This document shows, piece by piece, positions 48,278 through 58,550 of a DNA stretch of 64,000 nt. The translations under genes and the position numbers were made by a program. Numbering within the stretch: position 1 is the stretch's first letter; each line of letters starts with the position of its first letter. The notes under the pieces were generated by a model. The model was not told the DNA's origin, ran no database searches, and saw nothing but the letters and a program-made list of their open reading frames with translations. The stretch is from an uncultured delta proteobacterium (GTDB taxonomy: Bacteria > Myxococcota > Myxococcia > Myxococcales > Myxococcaceae), in contig CAVYSY010000046.1 of NCBI GenBank assembly GCA_963771175.1, positions 64,001-128,000 of the forward strand, read 5' to 3'.

Positions 48278-50477
48278 GCCGCGCTCTCGCTCGTTCCTCG
48301 CAGTCGCCAAGCTCCTGCGCCACTGCTCCGGGCCGTGCCCGCGGTGGCCGTGTTGGCCGCCTTCTCGCACCTGGCCCGCGGCGGCTTCCGCGGCCTCGCT
48401 CACCCTGGGCTGGACGGAGGCCGCGCGGTGCTCTCTCCTGCTCGCCGGGCTGGGCGTGGCGGCCTGGCGCCGGCTGCGCCGCGGGCGCCGTGGGCGCGCC
48501 GCTGCTACTTCCGCGACGAGCTGGAGCTGGGCGGGGCTGCTCGTCGCCTCGGCCTTCATCGTGGTGTCCATCGCGGGCGCGGCGCTCTTCCCCCTCGTCT
48601 ACCTGCTGATGGCCTTCCTGGTGAGCCTTCCTGCCGCGCACCGCCGGCCTCGCGCTGCTGGGCGTGGCGCTGGTCTTCGACGCGCTCGATCACCCTGCAG
48701 GGCCCGCGAGCCGCAGCTTCCCGGCCTTCGCTCACCCACGCCGCTCTTCCTCGCGCTCTTCGCCGGCGCTCTACCACCTGGTGCTCTCGCGCCCGGCATC
48801 GCCGCGGCCCGCCGCGCCGAGAGCGACGCGGTGAAGAACCGCATCAAGGAGGTCGAGGAGCGCGCGCGCACCTTCCGCCTGGTGAGCTCCGGCTCCCAGG
48901 ACGACAACCGCTCCCGACGTGAAGGACGAGGAGAAGTGGCTGCTCGCCTCGGTGAAGGAGATCGAGGGCGCGGTGGGCGCCGCGCTGGAGATCGCCGAGA
49001 CGGCGCTGCAGCACGCACACCTGCGCGGCCTTCCTGCTCACCTCGGACGACAACGGGCGCTCAAGCTGCACGACTGCCGCACGCATGTCCGATCGCGTGC
49101 AGCGCGAGCGCTTCAACGCGGGGGAGGGGATGCTGGGCGGGCGTGCTCAAGCGCACGGGCGCCGGTGCGGATGAACTCGGCCCACGGGCTCAAGGGGATC
49201 ACCTGGTACGACGGGAGCGACGGCCCACGCTGCGGGCCGTGCTCGCGGTGCCCATCGTCGAGGGCAGCGGGCTGGTGCGCGGCGTGCTGGTGGCGGACCG
49301 CCTCACCCACGAGCCCTTCACGGACGACGACGAGCGGCTGCTTCGCCACCGTCGCCGCCGAGGTGCTGCGCTCCATCGAGGTGGAGCGGGTGATGACGTA
49401 CATCCGCAAGAGCGCGCGACGAGAAGGATCGGTTCTTCCGCGCCATCGAGGAGCTCAACCGCGCCGGCAACCCGGACCAGGTGTTCCTCGCGGTGCTGGA
49501 GAGCGCGCGGCAGCTCGCGGGGCTGGACTTCTGCGCGGTCACCCTGGTGAGCGAGACAGGAGGGCAAGCGCGTCCACCGGGTGATGCGGATGCTCGGGCG
49601 TCACGGCGCAGGGCGGCAAGGCGCTCGAGGGCCGCGATCTTCGCGGACAACAACGGGCTGGTGGCCAACGTGGTGCGCTACGGCGCGCCGCTGCCGGGGC
49701 GCGATCTGAAGGCCATGGACCGGCAGGTCATCTTCGACGACGAGACGCAGATGCGCGGCCTCGGCGCGCTGAAGATCTTCCCGCTCACGCGCGGGCGACC
49801 GCATCCTCGGGACGCTGGTGGCCGGCTCGCGCCGCAAGACGCCGCGCTCGACCACGACGTGCTGCGGATGCTCGAGGTCATCGCCATCCAGGCGGCGCAG
49901 GCGGTGCTGCGCGCCCAGCTCTACGAGCAGATGGAGCGGATGGCCACCACGGACGGCCTGACGGGCCTGTTCAACCACCGCACCTTCCAGTGCGAAGGCG
50001 GACGAGATGCTCGCCCAGTCGCGGCGCTACGGGCGCAAGTGCTCGCTCATGCTCACGGACATCGACCACTTCAAGAGCGTGAACGACACCTACGGTCACC
50101 CGACGGGCGACCGGTGCTCAAGGGCGTGGCGCGCATCCTGCGCGAGCAGGCGCGGGACACGGACATGGTGGCGCGCTACGGCGGCGAGGAGTTCTGCCAT
50201 CGTCATGCCGGAGACGGACATGGCCAGGGCGCCAAGGTCATCGCCGAGCGCATCCGCGAGGCGATCAAGGCCGAGGTCTTCCAGACGGAGATGGGCCCGC
50301 TGAAGGTCACCTGTCGCTGGGCATCGCCACCTGCCCGGACCACGGCACGGACAAGCAGGTGCTGATCGAGCAGGCGGACCAGTGCCTGTACTTCGCCAAG
50401 CGCAACGGCCGGAACCAGTCGGTGACGGTGGCCGCAGATGCAGGGCGGGACGGAAGCTCCAGGCCGTCGAGGGTTGA
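48274..50477 (+). CDS. dmxA: Membrane diguanylate cyclase TM-GAF-GAF-GGDEF, DmxA-like; many indels
   Basis: N-terminal TMs, two GAF-like segments, [30 protein letters not shown]-site, YGGEEF; ATGA-coupled to ftsB as in M. xanthus. Confidence 0.8.
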
Positions 50478-50485
50478 GTCCGTCC

Positions 50486-51275
50486 GTGAACCGACCCGCG
50501 CTCCCCCCTCGCCGTCACCACCAGCGGAACCGCCCGAGGACACCCGGGTGGCCGGGCCCGCGAGGCCGCGCGCGCGTGGGGACTGCCGTTCCTCCCCCGG
50601 CGCAAGAAGGAGCCGATCGGCCCGCTGCTGGAGTCCGCGGCGGAGGCGCTCCTCGTCTTCGAGCGCGAGGGCGTCACGCTCTGGGACCAGGAGGGCTCCT
50701 TCGCTTCAACGCCGGGCATGGCCCACCTGCGCCGGCTGCGCATCCTGCTCCGGGCAGCGGGATGACGCCTTCGTCCGCGCTGGCCGAGTTGCGCGCGGGA
50801 GACACGATCCTCGACTGCACCCTGGGGCTCGGCCAGGACGCGCTGGTGGCGGCGCTGGTGGTCGGGCCCTCGGGACGGGTGGTGGCCCTGGAGAAGAGCC
50901 TCGCCCTCTACGCCGTCGTGTCCGAGGGCCTGAATGCCTACGACTACGGCCCCCAGCTCCTGCCGTGTGCGAGGCGGTCCACGCCGACGCGCACGCGTAC
51001 CTGCGCTCGCTGCCCTCGGGCTCGTTCGACGTCGTGCTCTTCGATCCGATGTTCGAGAAGCCCAAGAAGTCCCAGCCCGGCTTCGAGATGCTCCGCCGCT
51101 TCGCCGAGCACGCGCCGCTCACCCCCGAGTCGCTGGAGGAGGCGCGACGCGTGGCGCGGCGGTGGGTGGTGGTGAAGGGGGCGAAGTACTCGGAGGACCT
51201 GGCGCAAGCTGGGACTCGAGTCCGAGCCCGTCTCGCGCTACTCGGATCTGGCGTGGTGCGTGCTCGAGCGCCTGA
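50486..51275 (+). CDS. Class I SAM-dependent methyltransferase (RsmJ-like), indels
   Basis: [36 protein letters not shown]. Confidence 0.8.
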
Positions 51276-51282
51276 GGACCGG

Positions 51283-52994
51283 CTACAGCCGCACCGCGCG
51301 CGGGCGGCGGTCCCTCGCTGCCCACCGGCGACAGCTTCGCCGAGGACGCTCCGTCCCGCTCGTGCGGCATCAGCTCGCGCGGCGAGCGGAAGTACTGCAT
51401 CGGCGAGTCGTGCAGGAGGTTCGACACCCGGCTCGTGTACAGGCACGCGTAGCGCTCCACCTGCTCGCCGAAGCGGCTGTTCTCTGCGCCCTCCTTGAAG
51501 AGCAGCCCCCAGTACGGGTTGAAGCCTTCCTCCACCTCGCGCTCCAGCGTGTCGACGATGTCCGTCGCCTCGCGCATCGCCCGGCGCAGCATGTCCAGCT
51601 CCAGCTTCAGCCGCTTGCGCTCCTCCTCCATCGGCTCGCCAGCTCCTCCGGCCGACTGGCCCTCGCGCTCCAGCTTCCGCTCCAGCGCGTTGAGCTGGCC
51701 CTTGTGGTGCGCCACCTCGTCGTCCAGCCGCTCCCGCGCCAGCTCCACCTCCGCCAGCCTCTCGATCCGCTTCCGCTGGCTGTCCGTGTAGGTGATCTCG
51801 TCCTCGATCTCCTGGACGATCATGCACGTGCGCCACAGCGAGGACTTCTTCGACTTGAGGATGTCCCCGTAGATGTGGTCCCCCACGTACAGCACGCCCT
51901 CGCCCGCGTAGCCGGTGTGCTGCTCGAACTGCTGCAGGTTGCCGCCCTGGTACACCTTGCCGCGCTCCACCTCCGTGGCCTCGCCCACCACGCGCGCCTC
52001 CTCGCCGGGCCCCGCCGTCTCCAGCTCCAGGAAGGGCCGCTGCTCCGGAGAAGAAGGCCGGCTTGGACGCCAGCGTCACGATGTAGTCGAAGTAGTTGCG
52101 CCAGCTCGGGTACTCCGCCACCTGTCCGTCCAGCAGGTAGCGCATCACCGCGTCCGTGTAGTCCCACGCCGAGTTCGTCAGCAGGAACAGGCGTTCTTGC
52201 CCCCGAGCGCAGCTTGTGCAGCGCGGCGCCCAGCTCGGGATCCTGGAAGATGTAGCGTCCCAGGTCCTTGCGCACCTCGCGCTTGAGCGAGTTGTCCCGG
52301 TGCACCGCGTCGATGGCCTCGCGGATGTCGTCGTACAGCTTGCCGTAGTCCACCCGCTGGCCCAGCGACTCCAGCAGCTCGATGATGCCGGCGAAGAGGC
52401 ACGCCTCGGGCAGGGCGAAGAGCGTGTCGATCCACGCGAACTGCGGGTTCTTCAGCCGTACCCGGTGGTTGCGGTACAGCTTCTTCCACACCTCGCGCTC
52501 CAGCGGCCGCAGTCCGTGCCAGGCCCGCCCCACGTGGCCGAAGCGGTCCATCTTCAGCAGGTTGCCGTTCTCCCTGATCCACCGCCAGCCCGCGCATCAC
52601 GAAGTGGTGGTCGTACTGGAGCTGGCCGATCAGCGCCGGGTAGCCGCGCTCGCTGATGAGCTTGGCCAGCGTCATGTCGTAGGCGAGCTGCTCGAGCCGG
52701 CGCATGTGGTAGATGGCCAGCGTGTAGTCCATGTCGAAGCCGATCAGCTCGACGCTGCCCATGCGCAGGTTGCGGTTGACGAAGATGTCCCGCGAGCGAG
52801 GCACCTGGCGGGCCTGCACCTGCGGCACGCTCAGCAGGCGAGTGAGCTTCTCGTCGGCCAGGAGGACTCTGCGTGCGTCGCTCGGCCTCCTCGGCGTGGG
52901 CGCGGTTGAGCGAGGAGCGGAAGCTGCCGTGGAGGGGATCCGAGGTGGTCGGGCTCCCGGGGATGGGTCCGGTCGGTGAGAGTTTCGGTGACAC
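51283..52994 (-). CDS. HAD-IG family 5'-nucleotidase, several indels
   Basis: [54 protein letters not shown]. Confidence 0.9.
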
Positions 52995-53094
52995 AGGACA
53001 GAAGGACATAACACGCGCCCTCTCGTGGCACCACGCGCCCCGGGCGTCCCTCCTTGCGGGCGCATGAGGCAACGTGGCACGCTCGGGGGTCCGC

Positions 53095-53397
53095 ATGCCC
53101 GCCCGACGCCCCCCGCCCGACGCCGAGAGCCCCGCGCGGCTGGCCGCCCGAATCGAAGCCCTGGAGGACCGGGTCCGCCGGCTCGAGGTTCTCGTGCGCG
53201 GCGCCGCCGCGGCGGAACGTGCGCGCGCCTCGGGCCAGGTGCGTCGCAAGGCCGTGGCCGCTCCCCGCGTCAACAGCCGGCCGCGCCCCCGTTGCCCCGG
53301 TTGTACCCTGGAGCTGCCTCCCCGTGCCCGGGGTGAGGAGTGCGTGTGGTGCGGGTTCCAGCTCGATGCCGTCCGGACCCGGAAGAGGAAGGCATGA
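53095..53397 (+). CDS. Small coiled-coil plus zinc-finger protein
   Basis: RIEALEDRVRRLE coil and CPGC..CVWC; ATGA overlap with the next gene. Confidence 0.7.
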   Translation: MPARRPPPDAESPARLAARIEALEDRVRRLEVLVRGAAAAERARASGQVRRKAVAAPRVNSRPRPRCPGCTLELPPRARGEECVWCGFQLDAVRTRKRKA

Positions 53398-55577
53398 GCG
53401 CCTACCGGTTGACCGGCCGCATCGAGTCCGGAGAGCTCGCCGAGCTGTACGAGGCCGTCCAGGAGCCCGGGGGCTCCAAGGTCGTCATCAAGCTCTTCAA
53501 CCCGAAGACGTCCGATCCGCGCTACGCCACCGTGCTGGCCGGGACGTACAGCGTGCTCAACCCGCTGCACCCCGAGGGCATCGTCCACGTCCTCGACATG
53601 GGCTTCGTGAAGAACCGGCTCGCCGTGGTGCGCGAGGCGGTGGATGGCTACTCCCTGGGCACCGCCCTGCAGCGGCTCAACACCAAGGAGGTCCTCCTCC
53701 CGCCGGCCATCGCGCTGTCGATCATCATCCAGATGCTCGAGTCCGTGGAGCACGCCCACGCGGTGGGAGTCGTCCACGGCGCCATCACCCCGGGCAACGT
53801 GCTGCTCTCGCGCGCCGGCCAGCCCTTCGTGGGTGACTTCGGCGCGCTCCATGCGCTCCTGGCCGTTCCCGAGCTCAAGCGCGCTTTCGCCGGCCGGGGC
53901 CGCAGTGCCTACCGCGCCCCCGAGGTCGGTCGCGGCGAGCCCCCCGACGTGCTGTCGGACCTCTACTCCATCGGCGCCATCGCCTACGAGCTGCTCACCC
54001 TGCGCGAGGCCGTCATCCCCGATGGCGGAGTCAGCACCCGCCGCGCCGGCCTGCCGCCGCCCAGCCGGTTGGATCGCCGCATCCACGCGCGGTTGGATCC
54101 GATCATCCTGCGCGCGGTGGAGGCCACGCCCACTCGGCGGTTCCGCTCCTGCTCCGAGTTCGCCGGAGCGCTGCGCAACTTCCTCGCCTCCAACGGAGGC
54201 CTGCCCGGCTTCGAGGAGTCGCGCCGCTTCGTGACCGAGCTCTTCCCCAACGAGGTGTCCTTCGGGTCGCTCGGGCCGGTGCCGTTCTCCGAGCGCTTCA
54301 CCCTGACGCCCATCTCCGGCGTGTCGCTGGCGCAGGTGAGCGCGGACGTGCTGGAGAAGTCCGTGGTGGTGCGGCCCTCCTTCAGTCCGGCCCTCAGCGA
54401 GACGGACACCATGGAGGCCCCGCCCGCCTTCGAGGAGTACCAGCCCGAGCCCTCCGTCATGGCTCCGGCGCCCGTGGCCACGCCCGCGCTGGGCCACGTG
54501 CTCGAGTCCACCCACATCTTCACGCAGGGCTCGGCGTCCGGGAAGGAGCCGGCCGAGGTCACCCACTTCGGGCCGAAGCAGGGGAGCGAGGCCACCCAGG
54601 TCGGGTTGAAGGAGGGCGCCGAGGTGGAGCGCGGTGCTCCTTCGGGGCCGGGAGACGATGAGCAGACGTGGGTGGCTCCTCCAGGCGCCGCGCCCAAGCC
54701 GCGCCGGGCGCCCGTGCCGCCGGCTGGGGCCGCCGCGAAGGAGGGGACGCGCGTCGGCAAGAATCCGCGCCTGCGGGTGGTGGAGGACTTCACCCGCCCC
54801 GCCGAGCCCAGGCCCGAGCCCGAGACGGGAGATCCGGAGGATCGGATCGACACCGCGAAGCTCGAGCCCGAGGTGACGGTGAGTCGCTCACGCGTGTCCG
54901 AGGGCACGGCGTCGCGGGCGCGTCTCCCGCCCTCGCTGGTGCGCGGCCACGCATCCGAGTCGCAGTCGGCGGGCGCGCCGGATCGCTCGTATATCCCCAT
55001 GCCCCCGCCCACGGTGCCCGAGGTCCTGGCGGTGAAGGGCTCGCGCCGCGTGTTCACCGAGGAGCGTAACCTCCTGGCGGACGCTCAGCGTCGGCGCCGG
55101 ATGCTCGTCCTCGCGGGGGTGAGCGCGCTGGTGGGGGCGGTGTTCTTCGGGGTCGGCCTGTGGAAGTTCTCGCAGCGCCCGCCGCTCGAGCCGGATCCCA
55201 AGGTGTCCGCGGTCAGCGGCGCCGTGGAGCAGTACCTCCAGCAGCCTCCCGAGCCAGCTCCGGCGCCTCCCAAGGCCCGGCCCACCACGTCCCCGGATCC
55301 GGTGGTGGTCTCCGACACCTCGGGGGCCGAGGAGTCGCGCAAGGGCGGCTCCGCTTACCTGTCGATCGACGCCAACCTCCCGGCGCGCGCGTACATCGAC
55401 GGCGTGAGGGTCAAGCGCAACCTGCCGCTGGTGCGCTACCCGGTGAAGTCGGGCACCCGGGAGATCATCGTGGAGACGCTCGGGCTGCCGCGGCAGCGCG
55501 AGCTGTTCGAGGTGCGCCTCGAGCGTGGTGAGCACAAGAAGCTGGAGCAGGTCTTCAAGCACTCCCCGAATCGGTGA
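53394..55577 (+). CDS. Membrane Ser/Thr kinase-like protein, probable pseudokinase
   Basis: VVIK, HGAITPGN in place of HRD, DFG, YRAPE; Pro-rich linker, TM, C-terminal PEGA-like domain. Confidence 0.8.
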   Translation: MSAYRLTGRIESGELAELYEAVQEPGGSKVVIKLFNPKTSDPRYATVLAGTYSVLNPLHPEGIVHVLDMGFVKNRLAVVREAVDGYSLGTALQRLNTKEVLLPPAIALSIIIQMLESVEHAHAVGVVHGAITPGNVLLSRAGQPFVGDFGALHALLAVPELKRAFAGRGRSAYRAPEVGRGEPPDVLSDLYSIGAIAYELLTLREAVIPDGGVSTRRAGLPPPSRLDRRIHARLDPIILRAVEATPTRRFRSCSEFAGALRNFLASNGGLPGFEESRRFVTELFPNEVSFGSLGPVPFSERFTLTPISGVSLAQVSADVLEKSVVVRPSFSPALSETDTMEAPPAFEEYQPEPSVMAPAPVATPALGHVLESTHIFTQGSASGKEPAEVTHFGPKQGSEATQVGLKEGAEVERGAPSGPGDDEQTWVAPPGAAPKPRRAPVPPAGAAAKEGTRVGKNPRLRVVEDFTRPAEPRPEPETGDPEDRIDTAKLEPEVTVSRSRVSEGTASRARLPPSLVRGHASESQSAGAPDRSYIPMPPPTVPEVLAVKGSRRVFTEERNLLADAQRRRRMLVLAGVSALVGAVFFGVGLWKFSQRPPLEPDPKVSAVSGAVEQYLQQPPEPAPAPPKARPTTSPDPVVVSDTSGAEESRKGGSAYLSIDANLPARAYIDGVRVKRNLPLVRYPVKSGTREIIVETLGLPRQRELFEVRLERGEHKKLEQVFKHSPNR

Positions 55578-55581
55578 GCCC

Positions 55582-56241
55582 ATGGACCGGACCCGCGTCT
55601 TCATCGTCGAGGATCAGCCGACCCTGCTGCGCAACCTCCTGAAGGTGCTGGCGACCTTCCCCGAGCTGGAGGTGGTGGGCAGCTCCCAGGACGGCGAGGA
55701 GGCCGTGGAGGAGTTGGTGCGGGTGCGCCCTCAGCTCGTGCTCCTGGACCTGGAGCTACCGGGCCTCAACGGGATCGAGGTGACGCGGCGGGTGAAGCGC
55801 CGGGCTCCCGAGGTGGAGGTGCTCATCCTCACGTCCTTCGAGGACGAGCAGAAGGTGTACGAGGCGATCCAAGCGGGGGCCTCGGGCTACCTGGTGAAGA
55901 GGGTGGGGCCGGAGAAGATCCGCTCGGGCATCCGCGAGGTGATGGAGGGTGGCACGGTGCTGGAGCCCATCATCGCGCGGCGCTTCTGGAACTACTTCCA
56001 GTCCATCCAGGCGAAGCCGGCCGAGCCGGACAAGCAGAACCCGTGGGACCTGACGCCGGCCGAGTTCGACGTGCTGCGCTACGTGGCCAAGGGCCTGTCC
56101 AACGCCGAGGTGGGGCGGGTGATGACGCTGGAGCGGCGCACGGTGCGCACGCACCTGTCGCACCTCTACCGGAAGATGGGCGTCAACTCGCACGTGGAGG
56201 CGGTGGTGCTGGCCCTGCGCGCGGGCATCGTGGACCTGTAA
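55582..56241 (+). CDS. NarL/LuxR-family response regulator
   Basis: IVEDQ, LLDLELPG, GYLVK; C-terminal LTPAEFDVL..GLSNAEV..TVRTHLSHLYRKMGV. Confidence 0.95.
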   Translation: MDRTRVFIVEDQPTLLRNLLKVLATFPELEVVGSSQDGEEAVEELVRVRPQLVLLDLELPGLNGIEVTRRVKRRAPEVEVLILTSFEDEQKVYEAIQAGASGYLVKRVGPEKIRSGIREVMEGGTVLEPIIARRFWNYFQSIQAKPAEPDKQNPWDLTPAEFDVLRYVAKGLSNAEVGRVMTLERRTVRTHLSHLYRKMGVNSHVEAVVLALRAGIVDL

Positions 56242-56253
56242 CTCCGATCCGCG

Positions 56254-56880
56254 CTACGGCGAGGGGCGCACCAGCCGCAGGTGGGACTTCTTGCCGCGGG
56301 GCAGCCTCGGATCCGGGCCGTCGTGCTCCTCCGCGTCGAACGGGAGGACGTCACCCGGGCCCGTCGTGCTCTCATCCGGCGCGAGCGGATCGGCCGGCCC
56401 GCGCAGGCCCGAGCGGAGGACGACTCCGAAGAGCACCGTCAGCAGCAAGGCGATGGCGATGAGATCCAGGTTGGTGTTGACGTGCAGGGCCTCGGGGGCG
56501 GGATCCGGCAGGAAGAGGAGGGTGGCGACGGCCAGCCACAACAGCCCGCACAGCAGGAGACCCCCACTCCCGACCCAGATCTTCACCCGCGCCCCGAGGG
56601 TGCGATGGAAGGGAAGCGCCATGAGCTGCCCCCGAATCGGCTCGTGCTGGAACGGCTCGTCCTTGCGCGCGGTCTTGGTGAACGCGCCCGCGAGCGTCGC
56701 CACTCCGGCCCCCGGGTTGGACTCGCGTCCCCAGCGCACCACGGTGACGACCACCACCAGGGCGTAGAGGGCGAACACCGTGGAGCCCATCCGGAAGGCC
56801 TCGCAGGCACCGTGTAGGAACACGGCCCACACGAGACCCGAGAGCAGCAGCCGGAGGCGGGGGTGGAGGGGTGCCGACAT
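56254..56880 (-). CDS. Hypothetical membrane protein (4 TM)
   Basis: Four hydrophobic segments, C-terminal HLRLV. Confidence 0.65.
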   Translation of the reverse strand: MSAPLHPRLRLLLSGLVWAVFLHGACEAFRMGSTVFALYALVVVVTVVRWGRESNPGAGVATLAGAFTKTARKDEPFQHEPIRGQLMALPFHRTLGARVKIWVGSGGLLLCGLLWLAVATLLFLPDPAPEALHVNTNLDLIAIALLLTVLFGVVLRSGLRGPADPLAPDESTTGPGDVLPFDAEEHDGPDPRLPRGKKSHLRLVRPSP

Positions 56881-56996
56881 GTTGCAAATGGTAGCAGACG
56901 TGGAGGGCGCCTCCAGTTTGCCACCGGTCCGAGTCACCTGGGACTCGCCGTGTACCGACTGTCTGGTTCAGAACCCGACACCCGCGCCGCCAGGGT

Positions 56997-57021
56997 CCGG
57001 TGCCCGCCTGATGGGCACCGG
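56997..57021 (-). terminator. 9-bp hairpin downstream of the 57036-58311 gene
   Basis: CCGGTGCCC-N7-GGGCACCGG; no U-tract. Confidence 0.4.
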
Positions 57022-57035
57022 GCGAGCCCGGGGAC

Positions 57036-58311
57036 TCAGGTGCCGCTGGCTGGCTCGGCGGTGGGATCCACCAGCGGCTCCGGCATGGTCCACAGGGCCG
57101 AGGGAGCACCATAGGCCTGATCGAAGGCGTAGAGGATGCCCGTCCAGCGATCCCAGAAGACGGCCCAGTTGTACTCGGTGGGCGGCGAGGTCAGCAGGTT
57201 TCCAGTCCCGATCCGGCTGGCTGTACGCGTAGTCGGCGTAGTTCCACTCCAGGGTGCCGAAGTCCGTCTTGAGCATGGGCGTGAGGACCTTCAGCAGCTT
57301 GGAGCGGGAGACCTCGTCGGGGTGGGGCACGGCTGGGGTGAAGACGGGCTGCGCCATGTCGTGCTGCTCGCGCCAGGCCACGTAGTTGTTGCCCAGGGCG
57401 ATGAGTGCATCGCGCTCGGCGGGAGTGGGGGCGCGGCGGGCTTCTTCGTAGAGGGCGAAGGCCGCCACCAGCAGGCTCTTCCAGTGCATGCCCGGGAAGA
57501 TGTTGGCGAACTTGTAGGGCCGGGGCGAGTCATGGACGTGGGCGAGCGCGTAGTCGTAGGCCTGTCGGGACTCCGCGGGCACGGCATCCAGGAGCGAGAA
57601 CTCCGTGAGCACGCGCTCGGGCGTCACCTCGCCGACGGCTCCCCGGCGCCAGTCGAGGAAGAGGATCGCCGAGCCGCCGATGTCCGTGAAGATGGCCACG
57701 TTGCCCTCATGGAAGGTGCGCTCCATCGTGATGACGACGGACTCGGCCTTGTCGAGCGGGAGCAGGGCCGGTGCGCTCCAGTAGAGCGAGGCGAAGCGCG
57801 AGACGGTGGCGGTGAAGGTGCGCGGATCGGCCAGTGCCTCCATGTTCATGGCCCGGGTGAGCGAGGCGAGGGACGCGGCCGCGTCGAGGGGCAGACCGTT
57901 CAGCACGAGCTCCCAGGAGAGGTCCTCGAGGGTGAGCCGCGCGTCGCCGGAGACGTCGAGCCTGTCGAGCGCGTAGAACAGCGAGAACGAGGGATCACCC
58001 CGGGCCGCGTCGATCACGCGCCGTGCGATGGCCGCGCCGAGCATGCCCTGCCCACCCGTCTGGGAGGCGTGCGGTGCGAAGACGAACCAGTTGGGGCGGA
58101 CGTTGCTGCTGCCTCCGGGCTGGAGGTTGGGATCGAGCAGGCCGCCCAGCTCGTAGGCGATCTGGATGTAGCCCTGGGTGATGCGGCGGTTGTCCTCCAG
58201 CGGGGTGGGTCCTTCGTCAGCGCGCGCTGGCAGCCCCATCGACAGGACGGTCAGGAGCAGCGGGGGGGTGAGCAGGGATCGGAACGACGGGCGCGAGAAG
58301 CCTTCGAGCAA
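57036..58311 (-). CDS. Secreted hypothetical protein with DUF2515-like motifs, frameshift near 57200
   Basis: Signal ending ARA; NRRITQGY, NWFVFAPHAS, GNVAIFTDI, REQ..AQP; continues in another frame as NWAVFWDRWTGILYAF. Confidence 0.6.
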
Positions 58312-58550
58312 GATGGGAACTCCGGGAGTGGGAACCAGGTGGAGCGGGCCGCACGGTAGTCCACACACGCATCTTCGCGGACCGAAGAGAGCCGGACCCA
58401 GGGGGGACGGGGCGTGCTCGTTGTTCAGAAATTATCTGACATGGTTGTGCATTGCTTCTCATGCTGGCTGTGAACTGAATCACTTCTTGAGAAAGAGTAA
58501 TCGCATAGGGTTTCTTCCGGGACGCCACTCAACCTCACCAGGAGCCCGCT

